Numbered from the stretch's first letter, positions 28,212 through 39,105 are shown. The stretch: DNA of 64,000 nt from Halarcobacter sp. (GCA_963676565.1 OY781089.1:2624001-2688000); one strand, 5' to 3'. Notes: generated from the letters alone by a model not told the origin. Translations and numbers: made by a program.

Positions 28212-28678
28212 ATTTTCTCTTTTTTATTAAATTCTCTAAGTGCTTTTCTAGATGCTTTATCAACCAAATTAAAAAGCTTGTCAATATCATCTTTCAAAGC
28301 TGTTTTTTTGTGACCTTTTATTTTAACAAAGTTCAAATTTAGTTTCTGCATTTCTGAATAAAACTTTTTATAAAGCTCTTCGTTTTTAACTTTTTTACCA
28401 CTACTTGTTAAAAAATCATTTTTAAATAGTTTTTCTTTTCTTTTTTCAAGTTGCAAAATGTTTTGACAATCTGTATATACTGTAACTTCCAACTCACTCA
28501 AATCTTCTAAAGCCCAAAGTAAAACCTCTAGTTCAAGTTTTGTTGAAGAGGTGTTTTCAAACTTTTTTACAAATATATTTTGATCTTCTAAAGTTTCATC
28601 ATATATAAAATAAGCTCCAAAACCAATTTTACTTTGTGGATTTACACTACCATCACAAAAGAGTTTTATCCCACTCAT
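28208..28678 (-). CDS. Ribonuclease HI family protein
   Basis: FCDGS, ELE, YTDCQ, KIKGH, VDK. Confidence 0.85.
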   Translation of the reverse strand: MSGIKLFCDGSVNPQSKIGFGAYFIYDETLEDQNIFVKKFENTSSTKLELEVLLWALEDLSELEVTVYTDCQNILQLEKRKEKLFKNDFLTSSGKKVKNEELYKKFYSEMQKLNLNFVKIKGHKKTALKDDIDKLFNLVDKASRKALREFNKKEKI

Positions 28679-29310
28679 TTATATCTAATCTCTTTATTTA
28701 AAGAACAATTTATCTGATACTCAACCATTTTTGAAAATGGCTTTAAAAAATTCTCAAACTCTTTTTTTGAAATATCTTCTAACTTGTGTTGGTTTAACAA
28801 TTTAAGAACACAAAGTGTTGATTCAATAGTAGATAAACAATATTGATTAGGTTGTGTTTTAATTTTAAAATCTGATTTTTTTGTATATTGAAAACTAACT
28901 TTTGGCAAGGTCTTTAGATTTTTACTTAGTCTTAACATCTTTTTAGAACAAGGCCAAGTAGAATCTATGATAAATATTACATTTTCTTTTTTACTACTTC
29001 CAATTGGTTTTGTATTTAAATCAATGCTATCAAGGCCAGGATATAGAACATAAGAGTTTATGTTTCTATTTTCAATTATTTCATTTACTCTTTTATGATT
29101 GGTAAAATCTATCCCTATATGTATCTCTGAGTTTGGTAATGAAAGATTAGTAAAATGCCCTGTCCCATTTTTTGTTTTTCTAAACTCTTTTGGATGCATC
29201 AAAATCACAAATTTAGTTTTAGTTTTAATTCTTTTTATGTACGAACACATACAAGAACTTTTTGGTCTATAACATTTGAAGCAAACTTCCCTTGAATCTA
29301 TTATCATCAA
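28675..29310 (-). CDS. DTW-domain tRNA-uridine aminocarboxypropyltransferase
   Basis: CxxC..CxC, HPKE, IDSTW, LSTIE. Confidence 0.9.
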   Translation of the reverse strand: MMIIDSREVCFKCYRPKSSCMCSYIKRIKTKTKFVILMHPKEFRKTKNGTGHFTNLSLPNSEIHIGIDFTNHKRVNEIIENRNINSYVLYPGLDSIDLNTKPIGSSKKENVIFIIDSTWPCSKKMLRLSKNLKTLPKVSFQYTKKSDFKIKTQPNQYCLSTIESTLCVLKLLNQHKLEDISKKEFENFLKPFSKMVEYQINCSLNKEIRYK

Positions 29311-29358
29311 TCCTTTAATTAAAAAGGAATTTTATTCACTTATTACTTAAATAACATC

Positions 29359-29655
29359 TTAATACTTACTTTCCCCACAATTCCAACATACTAAAAATTG
29401 CCCTTCATGAACTTCATTACAGTTTTTGCATCTCCATGAAGGTAGATTATCATTTGTTTTTTCTAAAATTGACTTAGCAAAATCAAGATCTTTTTCTTTT
29501 ACTAATACCTTAACACCCGTAGTTGCTTGTAGATGTGGATGCATTCCACCAGCATCATCTTTATCAATTATAGATTCTATATTTCTATCTTTTAACATAG
29601 AAACTAAAATCTGTGCTTCGATTTCACTATATAATGTTTTTAACTCAACAAACAT
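29359..29655 (-). CDS. DUF2007 domain + C-terminal zinc-finger protein
   Basis: EAQILVSML; WRCKNCNE..EGQF..CWNCG. Confidence 0.85.
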   Translation of the reverse strand: MFVELKTLYSEIEAQILVSMLKDRNIESIIDKDDAGGMHPHLQATTGVKVLVKEKDLDFAKSILEKTNDNLPSWRCKNCNEVHEGQFLVCWNCGESKY

Positions 29656-29785
29656 ATTAATCCTTTATATTATAATTCTAATATAGCTTTTTTCTAAAAT
29701 AAATTAAATTTTTAATTTTGATATATTATTTAATCTCTTAAATATATTTGATTATAATTGCACTTTAAATTTAAAGGTAACCTAA

Positions 29786-30634
29786 ATGGCAAAAAACATT
29801 ATCTCAATACTTACATTAACTGTTGTTTTTTTCTCTCTTACTTTTTTTGCTTTCAACTCATATAAAAATGCAAAAATCTATGAAAATACTTACAAACAAT
29901 ATGCCCAAGAACAAACTATAAAAAATAGTGTAGAAGAAAACACAAAAGAGATGCTAAATGATCTTATTGGAGCACTCTTAGGAGAAAAACCAACTAAAAA
30001 TAAAAATGATATAGCATCAAAACAATTAGAACTAGAAAAACTAAAAGAAAAGCCAATAGAGTATGTGATTATCTTTGCAACTATAATCACCCTATCTCTT
30101 TTGAGTTTCTTTATTGTCTCAAAAAAAATATTTCTAACATACTTACATAGTGTTACACTTTTAAGTCTTGTATTTGGTCTTATAAGCCCTATTTTTATGA
30201 TGTATATTTTACTTGACTATAATTTTCAGAATATAGTAAATATAAAAGATGCAATTTTGCAGTTTGAATCCCTTACTATAATAGAATCTATAAATAAACT
30301 TATCTATATCCAAGAAAAATATTTCGTAGGAATAATTATCTTACTTTTTTCAGTGATTTTCCCTCTTATTAAAACCCTACTTTCATTTGTAAATGTATTT
30401 ATAGGTCATATTTCTATACTAAATAAAAGTACTAAACTACTTTCAGCTCTTAGTAAATGGTCTATGACTGATGTATTTGTTTTATCAATATTTTTAGTAT
30501 ATTTATCATCTGTTAGTAGTGGAATGTCAAAAATAGTAACCCAAATTGAAGTTGGATTTTATTTCTTTTTTATATATGTAATTCTTTCTATAATTCTTAG
30601 CTTTTTTAATAAGATTAAAATTGGTGTAAATTAG
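29786..30634 (+). CDS. Paraquat-inducible protein A (PqiA)-like membrane protein
   Basis: LFSVIFPLIK...SKWSMTDVFV...GFYFF. Confidence 0.82.
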   Translation: MAKNIISILTLTVVFFSLTFFAFNSYKNAKIYENTYKQYAQEQTIKNSVEENTKEMLNDLIGALLGEKPTKNKNDIASKQLELEKLKEKPIEYVIIFATIITLSLLSFFIVSKKIFLTYLHSVTLLSLVFGLISPIFMMYILLDYNFQNIVNIKDAILQFESLTIIESINKLIYIQEKYFVGIIILLFSVIFPLIKTLLSFVNVFIGHISILNKSTKLLSALSKWSMTDVFVLSIFLVYLSSVSSGMSKIVTQIEVGFYFFFIYVILSIILSFFNKIKIGVN

Positions 30635-30687
30635 AAAAAAGAATTTACTTTATATTTATTGATATTTTTTTCATTTAATATCCAATC

Positions 30688-31185
30688 TTATTTCTTATGA
30701 GCTATTACTTTAATCTCTAATTCTTCACTTTCTAAAGGTATTTCAAAATACTTAGTTACATGATAAAACATCTCTTCTGTATCAAAAGCTGGACGATCAG
30801 GTTGTTCAAGTCGTCTTTTAGCTATTTGTTTTAAACATTGTTCGTCACTAACTTCCAAATATATCAATAGGTGTAAAGCATCAATCTCTTTTGAAATACT
30901 TTTAAGCCAAGCTCTTTGTTTAAGTGTATTTGCAGGGAAATCTAAAACTACATTTGTTCCTGTTAAAAGAATTTTTTGAACATGTGATTTAATCAATGGT
31001 CTTAATAATGCAGAATATTTTATATAGTCATCAAAAGATGAAATTTGCTGAGGATACAAAGCGGACAACCACTCATCTTCTGATATTAACACTGCATTAT
31101 TTTCTATAGCATATTCTTTTGATTTTGTGGACTTTCCAGCACCCATTTTTCCGCAAAAAAATATTAAAGTTCCTATTTTTTTCAT
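30688..31185 (-). CDS. P-loop ATP-binding protein (AAA_33-like)
   Basis: CGKMGAGKST, DEW, VVLDF. Confidence 0.85.
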   Translation of the reverse strand: MKKIGTLIFFCGKMGAGKSTKSKEYAIENNAVLISEDEWLSALYPQQISSFDDYIKYSALLRPLIKSHVQKILLTGTNVVLDFPANTLKQRAWLKSISKEIDALHLLIYLEVSDEQCLKQIAKRRLEQPDRPAFDTEEMFYHVTKYFEIPLESEELEIKVIAHKK

Positions 31186-31273
31186 CTAATTTGTTCTTCT
31201 CTTTCAATATGCTTATTATTTGGTTTCATAAATTATAAAGCAATAATTAATTCACCAAAATATTTTGTAGGAG

Positions 31274-31771
31274 TTAGTATAAAAACTTAACCTTATAAAG
31301 TGTAATATTTGAACTCCCTTTATATGACTTCAATAACTTATTTCCTGAATAAAAATCTACAGTACAACCAATAATTTTTACACTATCTTTGCCACGGAAA
31401 AAATTAAATTTAGCCGTTAGATTAGAGTTTTCTTTAGCTGTAAGTTCTAATGTAGCTCCACATGAAGATGAAAAACCACCGCCACCTTGCATTAAATTCA
31501 ACGTGAACATAAGCTCTTCTTTTGCTGGTATTGTAAATGAATATTTAGGCTGATCATTTTTAATCAGTTGCTCTCCACCCCAACTTTCATCTGCATTCTT
31601 AAGAGTTAAGTAAACATTTTCAGTATTAGTTATACTTCTTTCTTCTGCAAAATTAGTGACTTCTACATTTAATTTTGAGGTTGCTCCTGTTGAAGGGGCT
31701 GTAATCTTAGCTGCACAGCCAGCTAGAAAAGCAGACAAAATAAATGTAATAATAATATTTGAATATTTCAA
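31274..31771 (-). CDS. Hypothetical lipoprotein
   Basis: Lipobox LAGC. Confidence 0.75.
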   Translation of the reverse strand: MKYSNIIITFILSAFLAGCAAKITAPSTGATSKLNVEVTNFAEERSITNTENVYLTLKNADESWGGEQLIKNDQPKYSFTIPAKEELMFTLNLMQGGGGFSSSCGATLELTAKENSNLTAKFNFFRGKDSVKIIGCTVDFYSGNKLLKSYKGSSNITLYKVKFLY

Positions 31772-31906
31772 TTCTTATCCTTTTATTGATTATTTGAACT
31801 TTTATTTTAGCTTTTTTGTTCTAAAAAGATAAAATAATAAAGAGTATAAATTTACATTTATTTTGTTATAATATTCATTATTTTTTAAATAAGCAAGGAG
31901 TCTTTT

Positions 31907-32338
31907 ATGTCTTCAATTGATAATATAGTAGATAAATTTAATATTGGTTTTCTTAGTACTGTTATTGATTCAAATAATTCTCTTATGAATCAATTTAGTC
32001 AATTTGATAAACCAACAGATTTTAATGCCACCCTTAAAGAAATAAGTAGTGAAGCTTATACTCCACCCCCATCACAATTAGTACAACTTGATGGTTACAC
32101 TTTAGATCAAAACAATAACAAAATACCTACTAAAATAACTATAGATGGAGTTTATGCACAAGATTCATTTTTAGATGAAGATGGTAACTGGGATAAAGAA
32201 GCTGAGGCAGAAGCTTATAAACAAAGAGAACTAAAGTATAAAAAAGAAGTAATTGAAGACTGGCTAAAAAATATAGATTATGATTTGCAATCTAAAGCTG
32301 AATTAATGAAAGCGTTATTAGCAAAAACAGAATCTTAA
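31907..32338 (+). CDS. Hypothetical protein
   Basis: 143-aa ORF with aaggag RBS. Confidence 0.7.
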   Translation: MSSIDNIVDKFNIGFLSTVIDSNNSLMNQFSQFDKPTDFNATLKEISSEAYTPPPSQLVQLDGYTLDQNNNKIPTKITIDGVYAQDSFLDEDGNWDKEAEAEAYKQRELKYKKEVIEDWLKNIDYDLQSKAELMKALLAKTES

Positions 32339-32348
32339 GAGAATAAAT

Positions 32349-33098
32349 ATGATTATTAATGAATTAAATTCATTACAACATACTAATAATGTGACTCAAC
32401 AAATAAAACAAGTTCAAAAACTTGAAGAGAGCCAAAAAGACAATAATAGTATTGAAGAAAGCAACCTTCCTTCAGAATATATAGAAGAGTCTCAAATGAG
32501 TGAAGAACAGCTCATAGAAAAAAAGATTTTTGAACAAATTTTAAATACTTATTCAAGTTCACCTTTAGAAGATTCTGATTTTTGGAAATTTCATCATAAT
32601 AATGACAACAGTGGTATTGATGAAGCTAAAAACAAGATGGAAAGTCTTGCTAAGGAGCTTAAATCAGGAGAACAAACCCAAAGAGTTAAAGCCTTGTTAA
32701 ATCCTACAATGGATGATCTTGTCAAAGAAAGAAACACTTACAAAACAGAAATTGGTTTTTCAAAATCCTTTAACATCTCAATGCCAAATGGACAATATAG
32801 TGTCGATATCTCATTCTCTTTTATGCAAAGTTATAATAAAATTAATGAAAATGACAGCAGTACGGAAGCTTCAAATATATTAAATCTTATCAATCAAGTA
32901 GACTATAAAAATATGTCCATAAAAGTCTCTCAAGAAGAACAAAATAGTACATTAAATTCAACTCTTGAAGACTTAAATGATTGGCTTCATACACAAGGTC
33001 ATACTTTTAATGAAGTATACACAAGTAGTGAAACAAAGGAAGACTTTAAAATATTAAATCACTTTCAATCAAAAACAATATTATATAGCTACTTATAA
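32349..33098 (+). CDS. Hypothetical protein (acidic, S/N/Q-rich)
   Basis: 249-aa ORF co-oriented with the upstream ORF. Confidence 0.7.
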   Translation: MIINELNSLQHTNNVTQQIKQVQKLEESQKDNNSIEESNLPSEYIEESQMSEEQLIEKKIFEQILNTYSSSPLEDSDFWKFHHNNDNSGIDEAKNKMESLAKELKSGEQTQRVKALLNPTMDDLVKERNTYKTEIGFSKSFNISMPNGQYSVDISFSFMQSYNKINENDSSTEASNILNLINQVDYKNMSIKVSQEEQNSTLNSTLEDLNDWLHTQGHTFNEVYTSSETKEDFKILNHFQSKTILYSYL

Positions 33099-33151
33099 AT
33101 GCTTTTTCATGCAATCTTATAGTTAATATTTCATTTCCTCCTTAAATTCTA

Positions 33152-33943
33152 TCAAATATATATTTGCCCTTGCATATATAATACTGCAAAACCTGAAATA
33201 AAAACTCGTTCATTTTTAATTTCACAATATAAAATACCACCTCTACTTGAAGCTTGATATGCAATCAAATTTGTTTTTGATAATTTTTTAGCCCAATAAG
33301 GAGCTAATCCTGAGTGAATGGAACCAGTAACAGGGTCTTCATCCCCTCCATTTGCAGGCCAAAAATATCTAGATATAAAATCAAAATTTGAAGAAGAAGC
33401 AGTAACAACAACATCATAAGGAGCTAATTGCTTTAACTTTATTGAATCATATTCAATATTTTTTACATCATCTTCATTATCCATGATAGCAAAATATGCT
33501 TGCCTATTTTGTAACACTTTAGTTGGTTTGATTGATAAACCATCAAGTAAATTTTGTGGAGTATCTTCAATTTCTACTGGTTCTTGATTAGGGAAGCTCA
33601 TTTGTATTTTTCCATCATCATTTTGATAAACATATAACGAACCAACTTTTAATGTTGAAAACTCAATTTCATCTTTGCATTTAAAATGATTAAAAATTAT
33701 AAAAGAAGATGCCAAGGTTGCATGTCCACAGAAATCTATTTCGGATATTGGAGAGAACCATCTTATCTCATATTTATTTGGAGCAGTTTCTTTTATAAAT
33801 GCAGTTTCAGATAAATTATTTTCCATTGCAATTTTTTGCATTTGCTCTGGTTCTAACCACTCTTTTAGTGGAACTACCGCAGCTTGATTACCTTGAAATT
33901 GTTTTTGCGTAAATGCATCAACAATATATATGTCTAGAGTCAT
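33152..33943 (-). CDS. PhzF-family epimerase-like protein
   Basis: VDAF..GN.A, ENNLSETAF, IRWF.P..EIDFCGHATL, EDPVTGS. Confidence 0.93.
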   Translation of the reverse strand: MTLDIYIVDAFTQKQFQGNQAAVVPLKEWLEPEQMQKIAMENNLSETAFIKETAPNKYEIRWFSPISEIDFCGHATLASSFIIFNHFKCKDEIEFSTLKVGSLYVYQNDDGKIQMSFPNQEPVEIEDTPQNLLDGLSIKPTKVLQNRQAYFAIMDNEDDVKNIEYDSIKLKQLAPYDVVVTASSSNFDFISRYFWPANGGDEDPVTGSIHSGLAPYWAKKLSKTNLIAYQASSRGGILYCEIKNERVFISGFAVLYMQGQIYI

Positions 33944-33947
33944 TTAT

Positions 33948-35009
33948 TTATTCCTTTAATTTTAAACGTTGTACATTTTGTTGTTTATTCCACTTTTCTG
34001 CTTCTTCTTTAATAATTTCATTTTCAATTTCACTAAACTTATTTGCGATTCTATTGATTTTATAATATAAATCAATCAAAAGCATCAAATCTTCTTCTGT
34101 TGGTGCAACACTTAAAAAAGCTAAAGTTGAATTAAAATAACTCAAGGCACATAGTTGAGCAGGATCAGTAAATCCAATATTTGACGAAGATGCGATGGTG
34201 CTCTCTCCTAGAACTCCATCTATATATCCCAAGTTGTAAAATAGAGATTTTGCACCACCATGAATATAGTTATTAGAAAATTTATAAAATGGCTTCATAT
34301 ATTGAGAATTTGTAAAATCCATTAAATTATGCAAATTCGGTTTCTTATTTTTAAGAACCTTTGAAGCCCATCCATAATCATTTTTAAAATTTTCCCCGTA
34401 TGTTTTCAATATTTCATCATATCTTGCATTTATTTCATCAATTTCATGCTCAGGTATTTTTTCGAATCCAAGATAGCAGTTATTTTCAAGATATGAATTT
34501 AGCTCTTTTCTTGATTCTATAATTGAATAATCAATATACCTTTTAGCTACTTCATCATCATTAATAGCTAAAAAAATGGCGACTACACTTGTTTCGAATA
34601 AAGTTCGCCATCTTGAAAGTGCTGCAGCAGGATATCCTCCCTTTATTAAATAGATAATCTCTGAACATATTAAGGTAGACTTTTGATGTAATCTGCGTAT
34701 TGCTTCTTCTTTATTATCAGCTTCTAATTCTAGTCTATTAAAAGTATTGTGTCCGATGGTCTTGCAAAGTTCAGAAAAAATTTCTAGTTCTTGAATTGGT
34801 TTGCTGTAACGATAAAGTAAACGATTTGTAAAACCCTGTGTATATTCACGAATTTGAATAAGCTGACTATAATCTGTAGCTTCAAAATCTTTGTCTGTTT
34901 TAATTTCATCATTTTCTAGATTAGTAAAGCTAACATCATTATCAATTTTAAGATTTTTTAAAATTTCTTCAATTAGTTTCTTATTTAACAAGATTCCTCC
35001 GTAGTTCAC
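33948..35009 (-). CDS. DUF5677-like protein
   Basis: RLHQKS...EI..L...GY..AA.SRWRTLFE, DYGWA, YKFSNNYIHGG. Confidence 0.7.
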   Translation of the reverse strand: MNYGGILLNKKLIEEILKNLKIDNDVSFTNLENDEIKTDKDFEATDYSQLIQIREYTQGFTNRLLYRYSKPIQELEIFSELCKTIGHNTFNRLELEADNKEEAIRRLHQKSTLICSEIIYLIKGGYPAAALSRWRTLFETSVVAIFLAINDDEVAKRYIDYSIIESRKELNSYLENNCYLGFEKIPEHEIDEINARYDEILKTYGENFKNDYGWASKVLKNKKPNLHNLMDFTNSQYMKPFYKFSNNYIHGGAKSLFYNLGYIDGVLGESTIASSSNIGFTDPAQLCALSYFNSTLAFLSVAPTEEDLMLLIDLYYKINRIANKFSEIENEIIKEEAEKWNKQQNVQRLKLKE

Positions 35010-35331
35010 AAGTAAGTATTTAAATTTGTAATTGCATATAACTATTTATTTAATATACATTATATAAATAAAGTACTTAAATCCATTTATTTATTATATA
35101 TTTCTAAAGGTGCTTATTTTAGTGCTATGTAGAAAAAATATTAGAAAATGTGATGATTTTTATCTATATTTTTATTATTTGTTATAACTCTTATGTTTAT
35201 TTTATATCGATATATGGAATTTTAATATGTATAGTGTATGCTAAATATAAAAAATTACAAAATGACATATTTTTCATCCCTTTAAATTTATTTTATTATA
35301 ATTCCAACATAAAATAAAAAGGTTATAGAAA

Positions 35332-36681
35332 ATGGCTAAAAAGAAAACATCACTTTTTGAGTGTCAACACTGCGGGGAGCAAAGTACAAAATGGCTTGGA
35401 AAATGTCCAAACTGTGGAAGTTGGGATAGTTTTATAGAATTAAATCAAGAGCAACAAGAAGTACTAAAACAAACAGCAAAAGTAGTAAACTCTACTTCAA
35501 AAGCAACTCCAATAACCCAAATAAAACAAGATGATGTTACAAGATTCTCATCAAACAATGATGAATTTGATTTAGTTTTAGGTGGAGGGATAGTTCCAGG
35601 AAGCTTAACACTTATTGGTGGAAGCCCAGGGGTTGGTAAATCTACACTTCTACTTAAAGTTGCAGGTAGTATAGCCTCAAGTGGGAAAAAAGTTTTATAT
35701 GTATCAGGAGAAGAGAGTTCAGGACAAATAAAACTTAGAGCAAATAGACTTGATGCAAACCATGAAGATCTTTTTTTACTTTCAGAAATAAAACTTGAAG
35801 AGATACAAGATGAGCTATTAAGAGCTGATTATGAAGTTTGTATTATTGACTCTATTCAAACTATTTATTCTAGTGCTTTAACTTCTGCTCCAGGAAGTGT
35901 ATCGCAAGTGAGAGAAATTACCTTTGAACTTATGAGAAAAGCAAAAGAGAGTGATATAGCTATGTTTATAATTGGTCATATCACAAAAGATGGTTCAATA
36001 GCGGGACCAAGGGTTTTAGAGCATATGGTTGATACAGTTTTATATTTTGAAGGGGAAGCTAGCAGGGAACTTCGTATGCTTCGAGGATTTAAAAATAGAT
36101 TTGGTTCAACTTCTGAAATTGGAATTTTTGAGATGACAGGAGAAGGTTTGATAAGTGCAAAAGATATTGCCTCAAAATTCTTTGATAAGAGTAAAGCTCA
36201 AAGTGGTTCAGCTTTAAGTGTAGTTATGGAAGGAAGTCGTGCTTTGATTATAGAAGTTCAAGCCTTAGTTACTGAATCAACCTACCCTAATCCAAAAAGA
36301 AGTGCCACTGGTTTTGATGCAAATAGATTAAATATGCTTTTAGCCCTACTTGAAAAAAAGATTGATTTACCACTAAACCATTATGATGTTTTTATAAATA
36401 TAAGTGGTGGTATAAAAATCAAAGAAAGTTCTGCAGATTTAGCTGTTATTGCAGCAATTATATCAAGCTTTAGGGATAGACCTATTTCAAAAGAGTCCGT
36501 ATTTATTGGAGAAGTTTCATTAACTGGTGAGATTAAAGATGTATATTCTGTAGATATGAGATTAAAAGAAGCCCAAGCACAAGGTATAAAAAAAGCTGTT
36601 GTAGCACAAAAACCAAATCTAAAACTTGACCTTAAAACTTTTAGTGTAGATGAAGTACCTAAAATGATTGAGCTATTTTAA
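35332..36681 (+). CDS. radA: DNA repair protein RadA/Sms
   Basis: C4 zinc finger, GSPGVGKST, KNRFG, Lon-like C-terminus. Confidence 0.97.
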   Translation: MAKKKTSLFECQHCGEQSTKWLGKCPNCGSWDSFIELNQEQQEVLKQTAKVVNSTSKATPITQIKQDDVTRFSSNNDEFDLVLGGGIVPGSLTLIGGSPGVGKSTLLLKVAGSIASSGKKVLYVSGEESSGQIKLRANRLDANHEDLFLLSEIKLEEIQDELLRADYEVCIIDSIQTIYSSALTSAPGSVSQVREITFELMRKAKESDIAMFIIGHITKDGSIAGPRVLEHMVDTVLYFEGEASRELRMLRGFKNRFGSTSEIGIFEMTGEGLISAKDIASKFFDKSKAQSGSALSVVMEGSRALIIEVQALVTESTYPNPKRSATGFDANRLNMLLALLEKKIDLPLNHYDVFINISGGIKIKESSADLAVIAAIISSFRDRPISKESVFIGEVSLTGEIKDVYSVDMRLKEAQAQGIKKAVVAQKPNLKLDLKTFSVDEVPKMIELF

Positions 36682-36704
36682 TAGAGCTTTTAAAAGCTCT
36701 ATTA
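36679..36704. terminator. Perfect 26-bp palindrome spanning both convergent stop codons
   Basis: taatagagcttttaaaagctctatta. Confidence 0.75.
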
Positions 36705-37106
36705 TTTCTCTACTCTTTTTGTAGCACCTGCCATAAGCCTATCTTCACTTACAACTGCTCTTGTATGAACACAAGTTCCAATTACTCCACCTGAATCTTT
36801 TGCTTCAATTTCAAACTTATATAGTTTTCCTTCCATACCAACAAAAGTTGCAGTAGAAATAGCAATATCACCCTCAAGTGTTGGAGCCATATGCTTCACA
36901 TTTACTTCCACACCAACAGACAATTTCCCATCACCTAGAAGTGGCTTCATTGCCTTTGCAGCAGAACACTCCATTAGTGCTACCATTCTAGCAGTTGCCA
37001 TAACAGGTGGAAAGTTATCATCAACTGAAATCTCTAAATTTTTTGCTAAATCTTTTTCTAAAACTTTATATTCTATTGTTGCCTTTGTACCAACTTCTAA
37101 TTCCAT
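36702..37106 (-). CDS. Thioesterase (FlK-like hotdog fold)
   Basis: VMATARMVALME, SVG..VNVKHMAPT, HTRAVV; start moved to MELEV, which follows a gggag RBS. Confidence 0.88.
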   Translation of the reverse strand: MELEVGTKATIEYKVLEKDLAKNLEISVDDNFPPVMATARMVALMECSAAKAMKPLLGDGKLSVGVEVNVKHMAPTLEGDIAISTATFVGMEGKLYKFEIEAKDSGGVIGTCVHTRAVVSEDRLMAGATKRVEK

Positions 37107-37213
37107 GTGTACTCCCAATTTGTAATTTGTATCCAATATAATAATGAAATTTAACTTTTTATCTTCTAATATGAAAAGTTTAGATATAATCCGCAAAATT
37201 TTATTGGAAAATC

Positions 37214-37633
37214 ATGATTGAACTTGAAAATAACACTGATATAAATATAGATATAAAAGAGCTTGAAGTTATAAAAAATAATTTAACTTCAAAAGATATT
37301 GAACTGATATTTGTTGAGAATGAACAAATGAGAGAAATCAATAAAGAGCATAGAAATATTGATAAAGCAACAGACGTTTTATCTTTCCCTTTGGAGTTTG
37401 ATTTGCCAAATATGCCATTAGGTTCAATTATTATCTCTACTGATTTTATAAGTGAAAAAGCCAGTGAATATAATCATAGTTTTGAAGATGAAATGAAACT
37501 TTTGTTTATTCATGGAATTTTACACCTACTTGGATTTGACCATGAGGTTGATAATGGTGAACATAGACAAAAAGAGGAAGAGCTTATAAAAAAATATAAT
37601 CTTCCTAATAGTTTGATAGTTAGAAACTCTTAA
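37214..37633 (+). CDS. ybeY: rRNA maturation endoribonuclease YbeY
   Basis: TDVLSFP, HGILHLLGFDH. Confidence 0.95.
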   Translation: MIELENNTDINIDIKELEVIKNNLTSKDIELIFVENEQMREINKEHRNIDKATDVLSFPLEFDLPNMPLGSIIISTDFISEKASEYNHSFEDEMKLLFIHGILHLLGFDHEVDNGEHRQKEEELIKKYNLPNSLIVRNS

Positions 37634-37645
37634 GAAAGGTTTTAG

Positions 37646-38563
37646 ATGGATATTTTAATATTTGTAGTATCAATGACAGCACTAATTTATGGAGCTGATT
37701 TTATTATTGAAGAGAGTGAAAAAATCGCACTTCATTATAATATTTCACCTTTTGTGATTGGTGCAACATTAGTAGCACTTGGAACCTCTTTACCTGAAAT
37801 GGCTGTTTCAATGTCAGCTTCTTTAAAAGGGAGTGGAGATATTGCAGTTGCAAATGTAATTGGTAGTACAATTTTTAATATTGCTTTAGTTTTAGGTGCT
37901 GTATTTATAGTATCAAAGAAAATCAATCCAGATAGAGATCTTTTTGCCCAAGATTCTGCTTGGGCTTTATTTCCTATTTTAGTATTCATTTTAATGGGTA
38001 TTGATGGAAAACTAAACATAGTTGATGGAATTTTATTTTTAATTTTAATGGTTGCTTACTTAACCTTTCTTATTAGCTCAAATCAGGTTGAAGAGATTGA
38101 AAGTGATATAGATAAAGAAAAATTTGCCTGGGGCAAAACAATTGGACTTTTACTAGTTGGTTTTGTTTTAACAATAGGTGGAGCAGATTTTGCAATTGAT
38201 AGTGCAGGAAACATAGCAAGAGAATTTGGTATTAGTGAATGGATTATTGGTTTATTCCTTGTAGCATTTGGAACATCTTTACCTGAACTTACTATTTCAA
38301 TAAAAGCAGCATTAAACAACAATGCAGATTTAGCAATTGGAAATATCATAGGTTCAAATGTAGCAAACTTTACTATGGTATTAGGACTTTCATCTATTGT
38401 AAATACACTAAATGTAGATTTATCAGCAAACTTTTTTGATATAACAGCAGCATTTATTCTTTCACTAATGTTAGTATTTATAACTGCAAATAAATTATAT
38501 AATAAAAGTGCAGGTATTGTATTATTAGTAGTTTTAGGGTTAGTTATTCAAAATAGCCTATAG
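37646..38563 (+). CDS. Calcium/sodium antiporter (YrbG-like)
   Basis: Two GTSLPE alpha-repeats, GNIIGSN. Confidence 0.93.
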   Translation: MDILIFVVSMTALIYGADFIIEESEKIALHYNISPFVIGATLVALGTSLPEMAVSMSASLKGSGDIAVANVIGSTIFNIALVLGAVFIVSKKINPDRDLFAQDSAWALFPILVFILMGIDGKLNIVDGILFLILMVAYLTFLISSNQVEEIESDIDKEKFAWGKTIGLLLVGFVLTIGGADFAIDSAGNIAREFGISEWIIGLFLVAFGTSLPELTISIKAALNNNADLAIGNIIGSNVANFTMVLGLSSIVNTLNVDLSANFFDITAAFILSLMLVFITANKLYNKSAGIVLLVVLGLVIQNSL

Positions 38564-38574
38564 GCTATCTTGAA

Positions 38575-38976
38575 TTATTGACATTTTTCACATGTTCCTT
38601 GGAACACAACTTCTGTATTATCAATTTTAAAATTTGATACAGAAGCTAAACTATTGTTTAAAACAGATGTATCAATTATGATATCTTCAATTTTTCCACA
38701 TGAAGAACAAACTAAATGTGAATGTTCCTCTTTTACTAATTCATAAACTGTTTTAGCATCTGGAACTTTAACTTCATTTAAAAATATTTTTTCAACCATT
38801 GCATTTACATTTTTATATATTGTTGCCAATGAGATTGAAGGAAATTTTTCTAAAAGATTCTTATAAAGATCATCAATATTCATATGTCCATTTTTATACA
38901 ATTCCTCAACAATAGCTACTCTTTGAGGAGTAACTTTTAAATTGTACTCTTTTAATAGAATCGAACTATTAAACAT
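38575..38976 (-). CDS. perR: Fur-family regulator, probably PerR
   Basis: LKVTPQR, ISLATIYKN, HSHLVCSSC, CEKC; divergent from rubrerythrin; start at MFNSS after an aagga RBS. Confidence 0.8.
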   Translation of the reverse strand: MFNSSILLKEYNLKVTPQRVAIVEELYKNGHMNIDDLYKNLLEKFPSISLATIYKNVNAMVEKIFLNEVKVPDAKTVYELVKEEHSHLVCSSCGKIEDIIIDTSVLNNSLASVSNFKIDNTEVVFQGTCEKCQ

Positions 38977-39087
38977 TTTATTTCCTTTCCTGCTCATAAA
39001 TATTTCAAAGATAGTATGTGCAGATTCTTTACGATTATGTAATATTATTAAAAAAACCTTTGATTTTTATTTATTAATGTAAATTAG

Positions 39088-39105
39088 TAATTGATAATTA
39101 TTTTC
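39088..39105. promoter_or_regulatory. Fur/Per-box-like sequence
   Basis: taattgataattattttc in the divergent intergenic region. Confidence 0.4.

Noticed and set aside
31186..31273. Possible attC site between the lipoprotein and AAA genes (tactaac ... attagat on the minus strand)
   Set aside because: Both ends deviate from RYYYAAC/GTTRRRY, there is no internal palindrome, and no integron integrase is in the window.
37107..37196. N-terminal extension of the thioesterase ORF in the ORF track
   Set aside because: It overlaps the divergent ybeY promoter; a good RBS precedes the ATG at 37106.
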